Source: Candidatus Latescibacterota bacterium
GTDB lineage: Bacteria > Latescibacterota > UBA2968 > UBA8231
Assembly: GCA_965203355.1 (NCBI GenBank)
Contig: OZ241889.1
Coordinates: 1,120,001-1,184,000 of the forward strand
Direction of reading: 5' to 3'
Length of the DNA: 64,000 nt
In this document: in pieces, positions 47,974 to 57,362 of the stretch
Numbering within the stretch: the first letter of the stretch is position 1
Layout: each line of letters begins with the position of its first letter
The notes under the pieces: model-generated
What the model was told of the DNA's origin: nothing
Databases searched by the model: none
The model's input: the letters and a program-made list of their open reading frames with translations, nothing else
Position numbers and translations under genes: made by a program

Positions 47974-48912
47974 ATGAAGCCAGTCAATATGCTTGCAGTA
48001 AATGGTCGGATCCATAAAGGAGTTTTTAGCCAGTTGATAACGCAAGGGATTGTAACAGAGAGGACGGGTACTTTAGGTCTGCTGGCCTGCGAGGTTTTCG
48101 GATCTGTGTTAGGCCGGCAGATCGATCACATTTTGCAGGCAGCGTACAAGCGGAACTATCAGGTCGTGATGGGCCCGATGCATCTGACCCGATTGGACGA
48201 CCAGGCCATACAGGTCGAGGAATTGCTTTCCCAAGGCATAGACGGATTCTTGATTCGGACGCGGGGTGCCAAAGGAGAATTCGCGCACATTTTGCAGACC
48301 ATAAAGAGGCGTGTGCCGGTGGTGACGTTTCACAATCCAACGCAAGTGAGTGGAGTCGTGCTGGACGATACAACGAGTTTTTGCGAGGCCACCGAGCATT
48401 TGATCCGGTTGGGGCACGAGCGGGTTGGGTTTATCGGTGCCGATTGGGACCAGAGCCGCACGGGGTCAGCCAAGGGTAAGGGGTATCTGCTGGCAATGCA
48501 AAAGCACGGATTGATTCCCAAACGCATACCCAGCGAAATCAGCACAGAATCGGGGTATCGCTTGGGCAAAAGACTGGGCGATGGTCTTTTTACGGCCCTT
48601 GTGTGCCGGAACGACTATACGGCGATAGGCGTTTGTCGCGGGCTACAGGAAGCAGGGATTCGCGTACCCGAGGATGTGGCTGTGGTGGGGAGTGGTGCTA
48701 TCGACATGGGGGAATATGTGACACCAGCGCTGACGACCTTGGCGACTCCTTATGAGGCGATTGCCGAGGCGGCAATGGAGTTGATGCTGGAACAGCTTGC
48801 GGGGAGGCTGGATGATCCGCGGCAAATAACCTTGAAATCGCCGCTGGTCGTCCGGGAATCCTGCGGGGCACACCAAAAAAATAATCGCAAGGACGCGCAT
48901 TGCCCCGAGTGA
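47974..48912 (+). CDS. LacI paralog lacking the N-terminal HTH (possible pseudogene)
   Basis: Aligns with the upstream LacI only from QG.VT..TGTLG onward. Confidence 0.7.
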   Translation: MKPVNMLAVNGRIHKGVFSQLITQGIVTERTGTLGLLACEVFGSVLGRQIDHILQAAYKRNYQVVMGPMHLTRLDDQAIQVEELLSQGIDGFLIRTRGAKGEFAHILQTIKRRVPVVTFHNPTQVSGVVLDDTTSFCEATEHLIRLGHERVGFIGADWDQSRTGSAKGKGYLLAMQKHGLIPKRIPSEISTESGYRLGKRLGDGLFTALVCRNDYTAIGVCRGLQEAGIRVPEDVAVVGSGAIDMGEYVTPALTTLATPYEAIAEAAMELMLEQLAGRLDDPRQITLKSPLVVRESCGAHQKNNRKDAHCPE

Positions 48913-49111
48913 GGGCGTGTTCTATATTGTAGAGACATTGAATATAGCTTCCGTTGGGGGTGGTCCGATAGCGGGCCTGAGATTGAGACCCTTCGAACCT
49001 GAACTGGATCGTGCCAGCGTAGGGAAACGGATGCCGTACGCACCGCGTACGCACCGCTGGCCCTTCTGGGGCGAGCGGTTTTTTTGTGCCCTTCGACGGA
49101 GTCATTCCGCA
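48891..49111 (+). repeat. Duplicated promoter-riboswitch-terminator leader, copy 2
   Basis: Aligns with 46461-46673. Contains TTGCCC-17-TATATT. Confidence 0.9.
48950..49031 (+). ncRNA. TPP riboswitch, canonical
   Basis: CTGAGA, ACCTGA and GCCAGCGTAGGGAA. Terminator at 49053-49085. Upstream of thiamine-related genes. Confidence 0.93.
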
Positions 49112-49135
49112 GATGAAAAACGAGGGAGCCTATCC

Positions 49136-51487
49136 ATGAAAATTTCACTATCATCGGTCCGCTTGCTGGCCGGTTTATTGACGCTGTCGGCGTTGTCGCT
49201 GGCGCAGGCCGAGGAAGTGCCCGGCCGAGTGTTGGACGCGGCCACCGGGCATCCTTTGGCCGGGGCCAATGTGCAGGCCGGGAGCGCGGCTACTACTACG
49301 GATGCTCAGGGCCGCTTCAAGGTGGAGGCGGCCTTGGGCGATTCTATTACCATTTCCTACATCGGCTACCAGCGCGTGCGAGTGGCGGTCGTCTCGCCCT
49401 TGGTCGTGGCCTTGGAGCGCGAAATTTTGCCAGCGCCTGAGGTGGTAGTCGAAGGCGGTTTGGTGCGCCAGCGACTCGACCGCTTAGCCGCGAGCGTCAC
49501 GGTGGTAGAGGGGGACCGCTCGCGGACTAGCGGGGCCGGTCACTTGCAAGACGCAACCCATGCCGTGCCCAATTTGAATTGGGCTGGCGGCTCATCGCGG
49601 CCGCGCTATTTCCAGATCCGGGGCATTGGCGAGCGCAGCCATTACGCGGGCGAAGGGCCGCCCAGTTTTTCAGTGGGATTCGTCATGGACGACGTCGATT
49701 TGAGCGGCATGGGCACGGCCGGGTTGCTCTTTGACGTCGATCAGGTCGAAGTTTTCAAAGGCCCTCAGTCGACCATTTTTGGCCCCAACGCCTTGGCCGG
49801 ACTGATTAACTTGCGCTCGGCCGACCCCCAGCCGGAGTTTGCCGGAGCGGGCAGTGCCGAGATGGGCAGCGATGGTTTAGGGCGTTTTTCCGGGGCGGTC
49901 AACCTGCCAGTAGGCGCCGATTTGGCGCTGCGCGTGGGGTACGAGAACGGCCGGGCCAACGGCTTTCGCTCCAACGCTTTTCTCGATGCCGACGATACCA
50001 ATGCCCGGCGCGAGCAGTTGCTGCGCGCCAAGGTCGGCTGGACCCCAGCGGTTGGTCCCGAGGTGTTAGGTACCTTCTTTTGGGCTGATATGGATAACGG
50101 ATACGACGCTTGGGCACCCGACAACAACGAGGATTTGACCACTTACGCTGACAGGCCGGGCAAGGATCGCCAGCAGACGACAGGGGCCTCGCTCAAGAGT
50201 GCTTGGGAGCTAGGGGCGACCGGGGCTGAGTTCGTCGCGATTACCGCATTTTCGCGCAGCAAGTTGGAGCACAGTTTCGACGGCGATTGGGGCAACGACG
50301 AGTACTGGCTGCGTGCGCCGTACGAATTCGACCCAGCAGTCGAGGGGTGGAGTTACGACTTTTTCGACCGCAATGGGCGCGACCGCACGGTGGTGAGCCA
50401 AGAGGCCCGGCTCTTGGTCGAGGAACTGGTGGTAGGGGCCTATTGGAAGCGGCTCGAAGAGGAAGACCAGGCCGAGGGCTATTTGTTCGGCGGCGACGCC
50501 ACCGAGCTGAACGGACGCTACGAAATCGACAACCTCGCTTTTTACGGTCAGTACGGGTTGGCCTTGGGCGAAAAGTTGCGGCTGGAAGTCAATGCGCGGC
50601 TCGACCGCAACGACACGGCCTATGAAGGAACGACCGCGAATGACGGCGCCGATAGCACCAGCACTGCGTTCGCCGTTGATCAATGGTTGGGCGGCGGCAA
50701 AGCGGCCCTCAGTTACACTTGGCGTTTGGGCCATACTTTATACGCTTCGGCCTCGCGTGGCTACCGCTCGGGCGGGGTCAACCAGCATCCGTACTTGGCG
50801 GCGGCGAACCGCCCCTACGACCCCGAGCACATCGTCAATCTCGAACTCGGCTGGCGGCTCAGCGGGCCGCGCTCTTCCATCGGACTGACTCTGTTCCACG
50901 CGCTGCGCTCGGACCAGCAGGTCGAGCTGTCGAGCCAGCAGGATCCGGGCGACCCCAACAGCTTCTTTTACTTTACGGCCAATGCCGGCAAAGGCCGCAA
51001 CAGCGGCTTGGAATGGGAGCATACTGTCCGCCTCTTGCCCCAAGTCGAACTCTTCGGCTCAGTGGGCTTGCTCACTACGCACGTTGATACGTACACCTTC
51101 CCCACGGAAGATGGGGCAGTAACGCTGGGGGACCGGGCCGCCGCCCACGCGCCCAACTACACCTTCAGCGTGGGCGGTGCCTATCGCCATCAGTCGGGTT
51201 TGGGGGCGCGCTTGGTCCTGACCGGCATGGACCAATTCTTCTACTCCGATAGCCACGACCAAGTCTCGGAGCCGTACCAATTGGTCAACGCCCATATTGC
51301 CTACGAGCGGGAAGCGTGGTCTGTGCAGCTATGGGGCCGCAACGTGCTCGACAAGCGCTATGGGGTGCGGGGTTTCTACTTTGGCTTGGAACCGCCGGAT
51401 TATGCTGACAAGCTGTACGAAACCCATGGCGATCCGCGCCAAGTCGGCGTGCGGCTGACGACGCAATTTTCTTCTTTGGGGAACTAA
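49136..51487 (+). CDS. TonB-dependent receptor, probably for thiamine
   Basis: Signal peptide, plug motifs FQIRGIG and EVFKGPQSTIFG, WGRNVLD. TPP riboswitch upstream. Confidence 0.88.
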   Translation: MKISLSSVRLLAGLLTLSALSLAQAEEVPGRVLDAATGHPLAGANVQAGSAATTTDAQGRFKVEAALGDSITISYIGYQRVRVAVVSPLVVALEREILPAPEVVVEGGLVRQRLDRLAASVTVVEGDRSRTSGAGHLQDATHAVPNLNWAGGSSRPRYFQIRGIGERSHYAGEGPPSFSVGFVMDDVDLSGMGTAGLLFDVDQVEVFKGPQSTIFGPNALAGLINLRSADPQPEFAGAGSAEMGSDGLGRFSGAVNLPVGADLALRVGYENGRANGFRSNAFLDADDTNARREQLLRAKVGWTPAVGPEVLGTFFWADMDNGYDAWAPDNNEDLTTYADRPGKDRQQTTGASLKSAWELGATGAEFVAITAFSRSKLEHSFDGDWGNDEYWLRAPYEFDPAVEGWSYDFFDRNGRDRTVVSQEARLLVEELVVGAYWKRLEEEDQAEGYLFGGDATELNGRYEIDNLAFYGQYGLALGEKLRLEVNARLDRNDTAYEGTTANDGADSTSTAFAVDQWLGGGKAALSYTWRLGHTLYASASRGYRSGGVNQHPYLAAANRPYDPEHIVNLELGWRLSGPRSSIGLTLFHALRSDQQVELSSQQDPGDPNSFFYFTANAGKGRNSGLEWEHTVRLLPQVELFGSVGLLTTHVDTYTFPTEDGAVTLGDRAAAHAPNYTFSVGGAYRHQSGLGARLVLTGMDQFFYSDSHDQVSEPYQLVNAHIAYEREAWSVQLWGRNVLDKRYGVRGFYFGLEPPDYADKLYETHGDPRQVGVRLTTQFSSLGN

Positions 51488-51490
51488 ACC

Positions 51491-52156
51491 GTGGGCGGTC
51501 GGTCTGCGCTGGTCGTCGGCAATGGCGAGCCACCTTCCCGAGCATTATTCGCTGCCTGCGCGCAAGAAGCCGAGCTGATCTTGTGCGCCGATGGCGGAGC
51601 CAATACCGCCTCGGCGTACGGATACGCGCCCGATTACGTCGTCGGCGACCTCGACTCGGTTAGCCGCCAAAGCAAGGCTGCCCTCGCCGCCGACCGCTTC
51701 ATCCTCGTTGACCCCGAGGGCCATGTAGGCACAGATGGCCAAAAAGTCCTCAACCACGCCGTCGCCTTGGGCGTTACTGAAGCCGTGCTCGTCGGTTTTA
51801 CGGGGCGGCGCACCGATCACTTGTTGGGCAACTTGAGCCTGCTCAAGACATTTGCCGACCGCCTCGCCCTGCGCCTAGTGGACTCCTACTGCGACATCCG
51901 CCTCATTGACCGCCGCATTCGCTTCCGCGCCGTTATGGGTCAGAAAATTTCCCTATGCCCACTTAACGGGGCGGTGGAAGGTATTGAGACGTTTGGCTTA
52001 AAATGGCCCTTGCGGTCTGAGAGCCTCATTCCGGGTGTGCGCGACGGCATCTCCAATGAAGTGGTAGCCAACCCCGTCGAAATTCGCGTCGAGCGCGGCG
52101 ATCTGCTGTTGTGTGTGCAGCGGGAGGGAAGTGCTGGCGAGATTGTGGTGGAGTGA
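51491..52156 (+). CDS. thiN: Thiamine diphosphokinase
   Basis: CADGGAN, GDLDS, TD, GRRTDH and GISN motifs. Confidence 0.9.
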   Translation: MGGRSALVVGNGEPPSRALFAACAQEAELILCADGGANTASAYGYAPDYVVGDLDSVSRQSKAALAADRFILVDPEGHVGTDGQKVLNHAVALGVTEAVLVGFTGRRTDHLLGNLSLLKTFADRLALRLVDSYCDIRLIDRRIRFRAVMGQKISLCPLNGAVEGIETFGLKWPLRSESLIPGVRDGISNEVVANPVEIRVERGDLLLCVQREGSAGEIVVE

Positions 52157-52190
52157 GTAGGTTGTCTTTTGCATCGAAAGGAGAACCACC

Positions 52191-53267
52191 ATGAAGAAGC
52201 ATACAGTAGCGATCATCGGCCTCGGACGCATGGGCAGTACCATTGACGACGAAGGGCACGGAGACTTGCCCTATTCGGTTGCGGCCGCGACGAGGGCGAG
52301 CGAGCGGCTGGAACTCGTGGCTGGGGCCGATCTCTTGGCGGATAAGCGCGATGCCTTTCAAAGCCGTTGGGGAACAGCCGTGTACGAGGATTTCCGCGAC
52401 ATGATCCGCCGCGAAAAGCCAGACATTGCGGCCATCTGCACGGCGGCCTGTTTGCCCAAGCCCGCCCGAGAAGCTCCAGACGCGAATTTTCGCGGCGACT
52501 CGCACGCCGACTTAGCGGTAGCGGTGGCCGACATGGGTGTGCCGATGATCTATCTCGAAAAGGCCATGGCGAGCTCAATGGAGCGTGCCGACGAAATCCG
52601 CGATGCGGTAAAGCGCAACAACGCGCTCTTTAACACGGGCGTCCTGCGCCGCTTTGACAATCGCTACGAGGTGGTCAAGGACGCGGTCGCCGCCGGTCAA
52701 GTCGGCGCGGTGCGGGCCGTGATTCACTACGCGAGTTCCAGCCTGATGCACGGGCACATCCATTCGATCGACACGGTGTCCTATCTCATCGGCGACCCGG
52801 CGATTAAAGCTGTGCGCGGCGAGCTTTTGCCCGGCGGCTTGCAAGTCGAGGGCAATCACATTCCGTCCGATCCCTTGGCGACCTATCAACTGCGCTTTGC
52901 CAACGGCATTGAGGCGTGGTCCATTCCAGCGGCCCCGTGGGAATTTGAGGTCATCGGCTCGGAGGGCGCGATTCGCTCGTGCAACAATGGAGCCAGCGTT
53001 TTGCTGCGCCAGCCCGGCCCGGTGCAAGGGCGGAACGCCTTGTGGGAGGAGGTACCGATCGAGCCGGTGACGCCGCGCAGCACGACCCAGTGCTGCCTGG
53101 AGGATTTGGTCGCAGCGCGCGAATCCGGCCAACGCACGCGCGGCCACATCGACGTGACGCACCACATAACAGAAGCCACCATCGCCGTTGCCGAGAGCCA
53201 TCGTCGGGGCGGTGCTTGGGTGGAGTTGCCGCTGCCGGCGCGCGACTTGTACATTTTTCACGTCTAG
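52191..53267 (+). CDS. Gfo/Idh/MocA family oxidoreductase
   Basis: IIGLGRMG and YLEKAM motifs. Confidence 0.85.
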   Translation: MKKHTVAIIGLGRMGSTIDDEGHGDLPYSVAAATRASERLELVAGADLLADKRDAFQSRWGTAVYEDFRDMIRREKPDIAAICTAACLPKPAREAPDANFRGDSHADLAVAVADMGVPMIYLEKAMASSMERADEIRDAVKRNNALFNTGVLRRFDNRYEVVKDAVAAGQVGAVRAVIHYASSSLMHGHIHSIDTVSYLIGDPAIKAVRGELLPGGLQVEGNHIPSDPLATYQLRFANGIEAWSIPAAPWEFEVIGSEGAIRSCNNGASVLLRQPGPVQGRNALWEEVPIEPVTPRSTTQCCLEDLVAARESGQRTRGHIDVTHHITEATIAVAESHRRGGAWVELPLPARDLYIFHV

Positions 53268-53282
53268 CGACAAAACACCTAC

Positions 53283-53306
53283 GGGTACCCACGAGGGGTG
53301 CCCTAC
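53283..53306 (-). repeat. GTAG-type REP-like palindrome
   Basis: Minus strand GTAG-GGCACCC-ctcgt-GGGTACC. Single copy in this window. Confidence 0.4.
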
Positions 53307-53329
53307 CACTTACAACTAAAAGGATACAC

Positions 53330-54106
53330 GTGTTAAAGGCAGGCATATTTCTCGATATGGAGAATCTCAACCGCTGCGGCGGCCACACCATCCAGTTTCG
53401 CCAGATCAAGGCCCTGGTGGAGGCGCAGCAGGCGGTGGTGGTGCGGGCCAATGCCTACATGGCCGTTGACCGCGCACGCGAAAGCGCAGACGCAGAGTAC
53501 CGCCAAAAGAGGGAAACGTATCGCAATCGAGCACGGCGGGAGGGCTATCACCTAATTCTCAAAGAAGTGCGGCGCTATCTGACTTCGGAAGGCGAGACCA
53601 TCGTCAAGGCCGACGCGGATTTAGAGATGGCGATCGATGCGCTGTTGCAGTCGGAGAATTTGGATTACGCGCTGTTGGGCACGGGCGATGGCGATTTTGT
53701 GCGCTTGGTGCGCGCCTTGCAAAACCGGGGCAAGCGGGTTGATCTGCTGTCTTTTATGAACACCAGTACCGCGCTGCGCCAAGAGGTAGATTACCATTTT
53801 TACGGGTACTTGGTGCCCGGCATTCTGTTCCCGCCAACCGAGCGTCTGCGCGGCATTCTCCACGCGGTCAACGAAGAGAAGGGCTACGGGTTCTTGACCG
53901 CGCAGACCGACTTGGGGCTAGACACCGTACGCGAGGACATTTTTCTGCACATTACCGACCTGCGTACGGCCAGAGGCAGGCCGGTGTCTAACGCGGAATT
54001 TGCCCAGTTCAGGACGAGCGGCGCGATCATCGAGTTTGAGGTGGAAGACGATGGCGAACGGCAAAAGGCCGTCAACGCCGTGGAGTTTCTGCCGGAACTG
54101 CTGTGA
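53330..54106 (+). CDS. NYN (LabA/DUF88) domain protein with C-terminal cold-shock domain
   Basis: FLDMEN, KADADLEMAID, TGDGDF, then KGYGFL..DIFLHI. Confidence 0.85.
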   Translation: MLKAGIFLDMENLNRCGGHTIQFRQIKALVEAQQAVVVRANAYMAVDRARESADAEYRQKRETYRNRARREGYHLILKEVRRYLTSEGETIVKADADLEMAIDALLQSENLDYALLGTGDGDFVRLVRALQNRGKRVDLLSFMNTSTALRQEVDYHFYGYLVPGILFPPTERLRGILHAVNEEKGYGFLTAQTDLGLDTVREDIFLHITDLRTARGRPVSNAEFAQFRTSGAIIEFEVEDDGERQKAVNAVEFLPELL

Positions 54107-54112
54107 GGTGCG

Positions 54113-54520
54113 TTATTCGCAGTACACTCGGACCTTGTCGGCCCCGTCTTGGACGTGGACCTCGATCTCGCTTAGGGCATCAATGAGCTGCTCTAGATCC
54201 TCGGGGCGCAAATTGTCAATATCAACGTTAATGCCGTTGTCCTGTAGAGCCGTGTTGATTCCCGTCGTGGCTTGTGCCGGGAGCAGGGTGTGCAGCTTGA
54301 CTCCGGCCTTGATCAGCGCTAGTGGCACCCGGACATCGACGTGCTCATTCCCGTCTCCGGCGACGGTAACTCTCAGATAGCGACGGGCCGATTCCGCGTG
54401 TGAAGGTGCTAGCGGCGCCGCTGGCTCCTCGTCGACGAGGGAGAGCAGGCGCTCGGCCTCATCGACCGAGACCTTGCCTTCGGCTAGCATCTCTAGTACG
54501 CGTCTGCTGTTTTCGTTCAT
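54113..54520 (-). CDS. SHOCT-like / YvlB-type protein
   Basis: RRVLEMLAEGKVSVDEAERLL and VDVRVPL motifs. Confidence 0.7.
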   Translation of the reverse strand: MNENSRRVLEMLAEGKVSVDEAERLLSLVDEEPAAPLAPSHAESARRYLRVTVAGDGNEHVDVRVPLALIKAGVKLHTLLPAQATTGINTALQDNGINVDIDNLRPEDLEQLIDALSEIEVHVQDGADKVRVYCE

Positions 54521-54530
54521 GGCGGTCCTC

Positions 54531-55454
54531 CTATTGAATTGTGATGGAGCCGTTTGCGGTTTTGGCGATCAATTCGGCTTCGCCTGCGCCCACTGTTCCC
54601 TTGAGCTTGTGGCGCTTCTCGACCGACGCGACGAAGCCCGGCACTTCGCAGCGGACGCGCCCATTGACCGTTGCAGCTTTTAGCTTGAGGCTCGGGTCGG
54701 TGCCCATAGCTACTTTGATGTTGCCGTTCGTGGTGGATAGTCTATTGATTTTTTTAGGCTCGATACGGCCCTGAAATTTTATCGACCCATTGGTCGTCTG
54801 CACATCAAAGTGGCCGTATGCGTCCTCAATGGATACGCGGCCGTTCGAAGAAGAAAGCTCTGCCGAGCCAGCGAGCGTCTTGACCGTGATCGGGGCGTTC
54901 TTGGTGGCTGCGTTCAGGTCGCCCTTGAAATTTTCAACCCGTATAGGCCCGTTCTTGGTCTGCATCGCCCCACGGCCTTCGGTTCCTTGGAGTTCTACCG
55001 GTCCGTTGCTAGTCGCCAAGTCAACGCTAGTCGCGACGGGTACCGTCACTTCTATGTTTGCGCCGACGTGCTGGCGGGAGAATCCAGGCGGGAATCCCTC
55101 GGGCTGGTGCTCCGGCTTGACTTCGACCGCGATGAGGTCGCCTTCCTGTGTGGCGTTGTACTTGATCTCGTGCGGTTTTTTTAGCCTCGCCCGCACGTGA
55201 ATTGATCCGGGTTCGCCCGCCTGGACCCGGATGGGACCATTAAAGCCGCGCACCACGAGGCGCGGATGGTCGCCCACGGCGAACGTGTCGTCGCGCCTGG
55301 CGGTTTTGTCGTTTTTGTCGCGGGCCCCGGACCGGGATTCTTCGAGTCCTGCGAGGGGGCCTTGCAGCACCTCCAAAAGACGCTCGGCCTCTGCTACCGT
55401 TACCTTCCCGGCCGAAAGCATGTCGAGAATTCTGCGTCGCTCTTCAGTCATCAC
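54531..55454 (-). CDS. SHOCT-like + DUF4097 beta-strand repeat protein (YvlB/LiaX-like)
   Basis: RRRILDMLSAGKVTVAEAERLL and repeated T-x-NG motifs. Confidence 0.8.
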   Translation of the reverse strand: MMTEERRRILDMLSAGKVTVAEAERLLEVLQGPLAGLEESRSGARDKNDKTARRDDTFAVGDHPRLVVRGFNGPIRVQAGEPGSIHVRARLKKPHEIKYNATQEGDLIAVEVKPEHQPEGFPPGFSRQHVGANIEVTVPVATSVDLATSNGPVELQGTEGRGAMQTKNGPIRVENFKGDLNAATKNAPITVKTLAGSAELSSSNGRVSIEDAYGHFDVQTTNGSIKFQGRIEPKKINRLSTTNGNIKVAMGTDPSLKLKAATVNGRVRCEVPGFVASVEKRHKLKGTVGAGEAELIAKTANGSITIQ

Positions 55455-55460
55455 AGCCTC

Positions 55461-55736
55461 CTAATCGATTGAAATGAATACGCGATCCTCGCCGGCCGCG
55501 ACGTTGCAGCGCAGGCCGCGCAGCGAGGCAAGCACGTATAGAAGCAGGGGGCCGGCCAGCAGGACGGAACGGCTTCGAGCGCGGTGCCCCGAGCGCGCCG
55601 CTATCAGTATGGCAACAGGCGTCCCCAGCAGCACCGCGACAAAAATGACCGGCCATAGCACTATGAGCGGGATCCACAGCCGAATGCGCCGCTTGTCGTC
55701 TTGAACCCGCAATCGCAGGAGCATCGGGGGCCGCAT
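55461..55736 (-). CDS. Small membrane protein of the DUF2089 operon
   Basis: RLWIPL + TM segments. Overlapping stop/start with the upstream gene. Confidence 0.7.
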   Translation of the reverse strand: MRPPMLLRLRVQDDKRRIRLWIPLIVLWPVIFVAVLLGTPVAILIAARSGHRARSRSVLLAGPLLLYVLASLRGLRCNVAAGEDRVFISID

Positions 55737-56119
55737 CAGGAGAGCCTCCGCAGCGCTTCCTCGACGTCGATTTCGCCGCGTTCCAAGCTGTCGAGTACTG
55801 CGGCCGATTGGGGATTTGAGCGCGGGGTGCTAGCGGCTCCCTTTTGCACGGTCTCGACCAACGGTAGCTGCTCGGCAATGGCATCCAGTCGGTTTTTGAC
55901 CGTTGGATAGCTGATGCCAAAGATGCGCTCCATTTCCTTGATCGAGCCGTGGACTTGGACGAAGGCCATTACGAATACTTGGTCCTCGGCGGCAAGACGC
56001 GCGAGAACGGGCGGCTCGAATTGCCCTTCGATCGCGAGGGTGCTGTCCGGCAGAGAAACCCGCTCGACCACGATACGCGCCCCTTTCGTCAGATTGGTTA
56101 GCTCTTTCCAGTCTTTGAT
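55736..56119 (-). CDS. DUF2089 family HTH protein (probable ATC start)
   Basis: GSIKEMERIFGISYPTVKNRL. GGAGG lies 7 nt before ATC. Confidence 0.8.
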   Translation of the reverse strand: MKDWKELTNLTKGARIVVERVSLPDSTLAIEGQFEPPVLARLAAEDQVFVMAFVQVHGSIKEMERIFGISYPTVKNRLDAIAEQLPLVETVQKGAASTPRSNPQSAAVLDSLERGEIDVEEALRRLS

Positions 56120-56152
56120 GGCTAAACCTCCAAATAATTAAATTTAGATGTA

Positions 56153-56197
56153 ATTATAGCTATATAAATTGAAAAAGTCAATCGTAAAATTGAAAAA
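56153..56197 (-). promoter_or_regulatory. Sigma70 promoter with direct-repeat operator candidate
   Basis: TTGACT-17-TATAAT. AAATTGAAAAA occurs at 56166 and 56187. Confidence 0.75.
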
Positions 56198-56238
56198 TTT
56201 AATTTTGAATTAAATAAAACTCAGCGGAGATTTGGACG

Positions 56239-57348
56239 CTATTCTTCCACGGCGGCCGACACCGCGTTGGATATCCGCCGCAACAAGCTCCCGTTGGCGA
56301 CCATTTGGTTGGTCAGCACCACGCAGCTTAGCTGGTGTGCTGCGTCCGCCCACGCCACAGTGCCAGTCGCCCCGGTGTGGCCGAAGGTGCGCGGCGATAC
56401 CAGATCGCCCCAAAAGGCCCACACCCGCGCCCCACACACGCCCCAGCCAAGGCCCCACGGCGCGTTGAGTGTGCCGTTCTGATCGCTCGTCATCGCGGCG
56501 ACCGCGGCGCGGCTGAAGATGCGCTGGTCTCCGTACGCGCCGCCGTTGAGCATGGTTTGCAAGAGGATCGCCAGATCGCGTCCGGTACTGTGCATGCCGC
56601 CCCACGGCGCCCCAAAATCGCGCCAGTACGGGGAATTCCACCCCCAACTTCGCAATTCTTCGTCTTCTTCGGGGTCCGTCCCGCACCACACGGTATCCCC
56701 AATGGCCCAATCGCCCATGCCCAATGCGCTGCGCTCCATGCCCAGCGGCGCGAAAATTTCCTCGCGTTCAAAGTCGCGTAGCCGCTGGCCGCTGACGCGC
56801 TCGACAATCGCGGCTGCCAGCAGGATGCCCTTGCTCTGGTAGCGGAAATCGGTCGCTGGTTTGTAGAGCAGAGGCGTCTTGAGCGACCGCTCGACAAAGG
56901 CTTCTACCGGCTCGTGCGCCCGCCGCAGATTGGTGTTTTCGGGGAGCATGTCGGGCATGCCCGATATGTGCGACAGCAGGTGGCGGACCTTGATGGCGGG
57001 CCGGTCGCCGCCGGTGAACTCAGGCAGGTATTCGACGGCTGGGTCTTCGAGCGAGATCAGCCCGCGATCCACGAGGATCATCAGCGCACAAGCGGTGATC
57101 GGCTTGGTGATCGACGCGAGGAGAAAGATCGAATCGGCATCGACCGGCGGGCCGCTGCCGGGTTTTCGTTGGCCAACTCCACGGGCAAAGACCTCTTTGC
57201 CGCGTCGTGCCACGGTCAGCGAGGCCGCGCTGATTTGGCCCGCTTCAACCGCCGCCGCGAGCAGGCCGAAGGCTCTTTCGAGCTGGGTGGCCGACAGGCC
57301 GACAGCCGCTGGATCGCCCATTTGCAAAACCGTTCCGTCCGTTGTCAT
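56239..57348 (-). CDS. Serine hydrolase, beta-lactamase (AmpC-like) family
   Basis: ASITK, LLSHISG, FRYQS and FGHTG motifs. Confidence 0.88.
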   Translation of the reverse strand: MTTDGTVLQMGDPAAVGLSATQLERAFGLLAAAVEAGQISAASLTVARRGKEVFARGVGQRKPGSGPPVDADSIFLLASITKPITACALMILVDRGLISLEDPAVEYLPEFTGGDRPAIKVRHLLSHISGMPDMLPENTNLRRAHEPVEAFVERSLKTPLLYKPATDFRYQSKGILLAAAIVERVSGQRLRDFEREEIFAPLGMERSALGMGDWAIGDTVWCGTDPEEDEELRSWGWNSPYWRDFGAPWGGMHSTGRDLAILLQTMLNGGAYGDQRIFSRAAVAAMTSDQNGTLNAPWGLGWGVCGARVWAFWGDLVSPRTFGHTGATGTVAWADAAHQLSCVVLTNQMVANGSLLRRISNAVSAAVEE

Positions 57349-57362
57349 CGCGTTTCCTTTCT

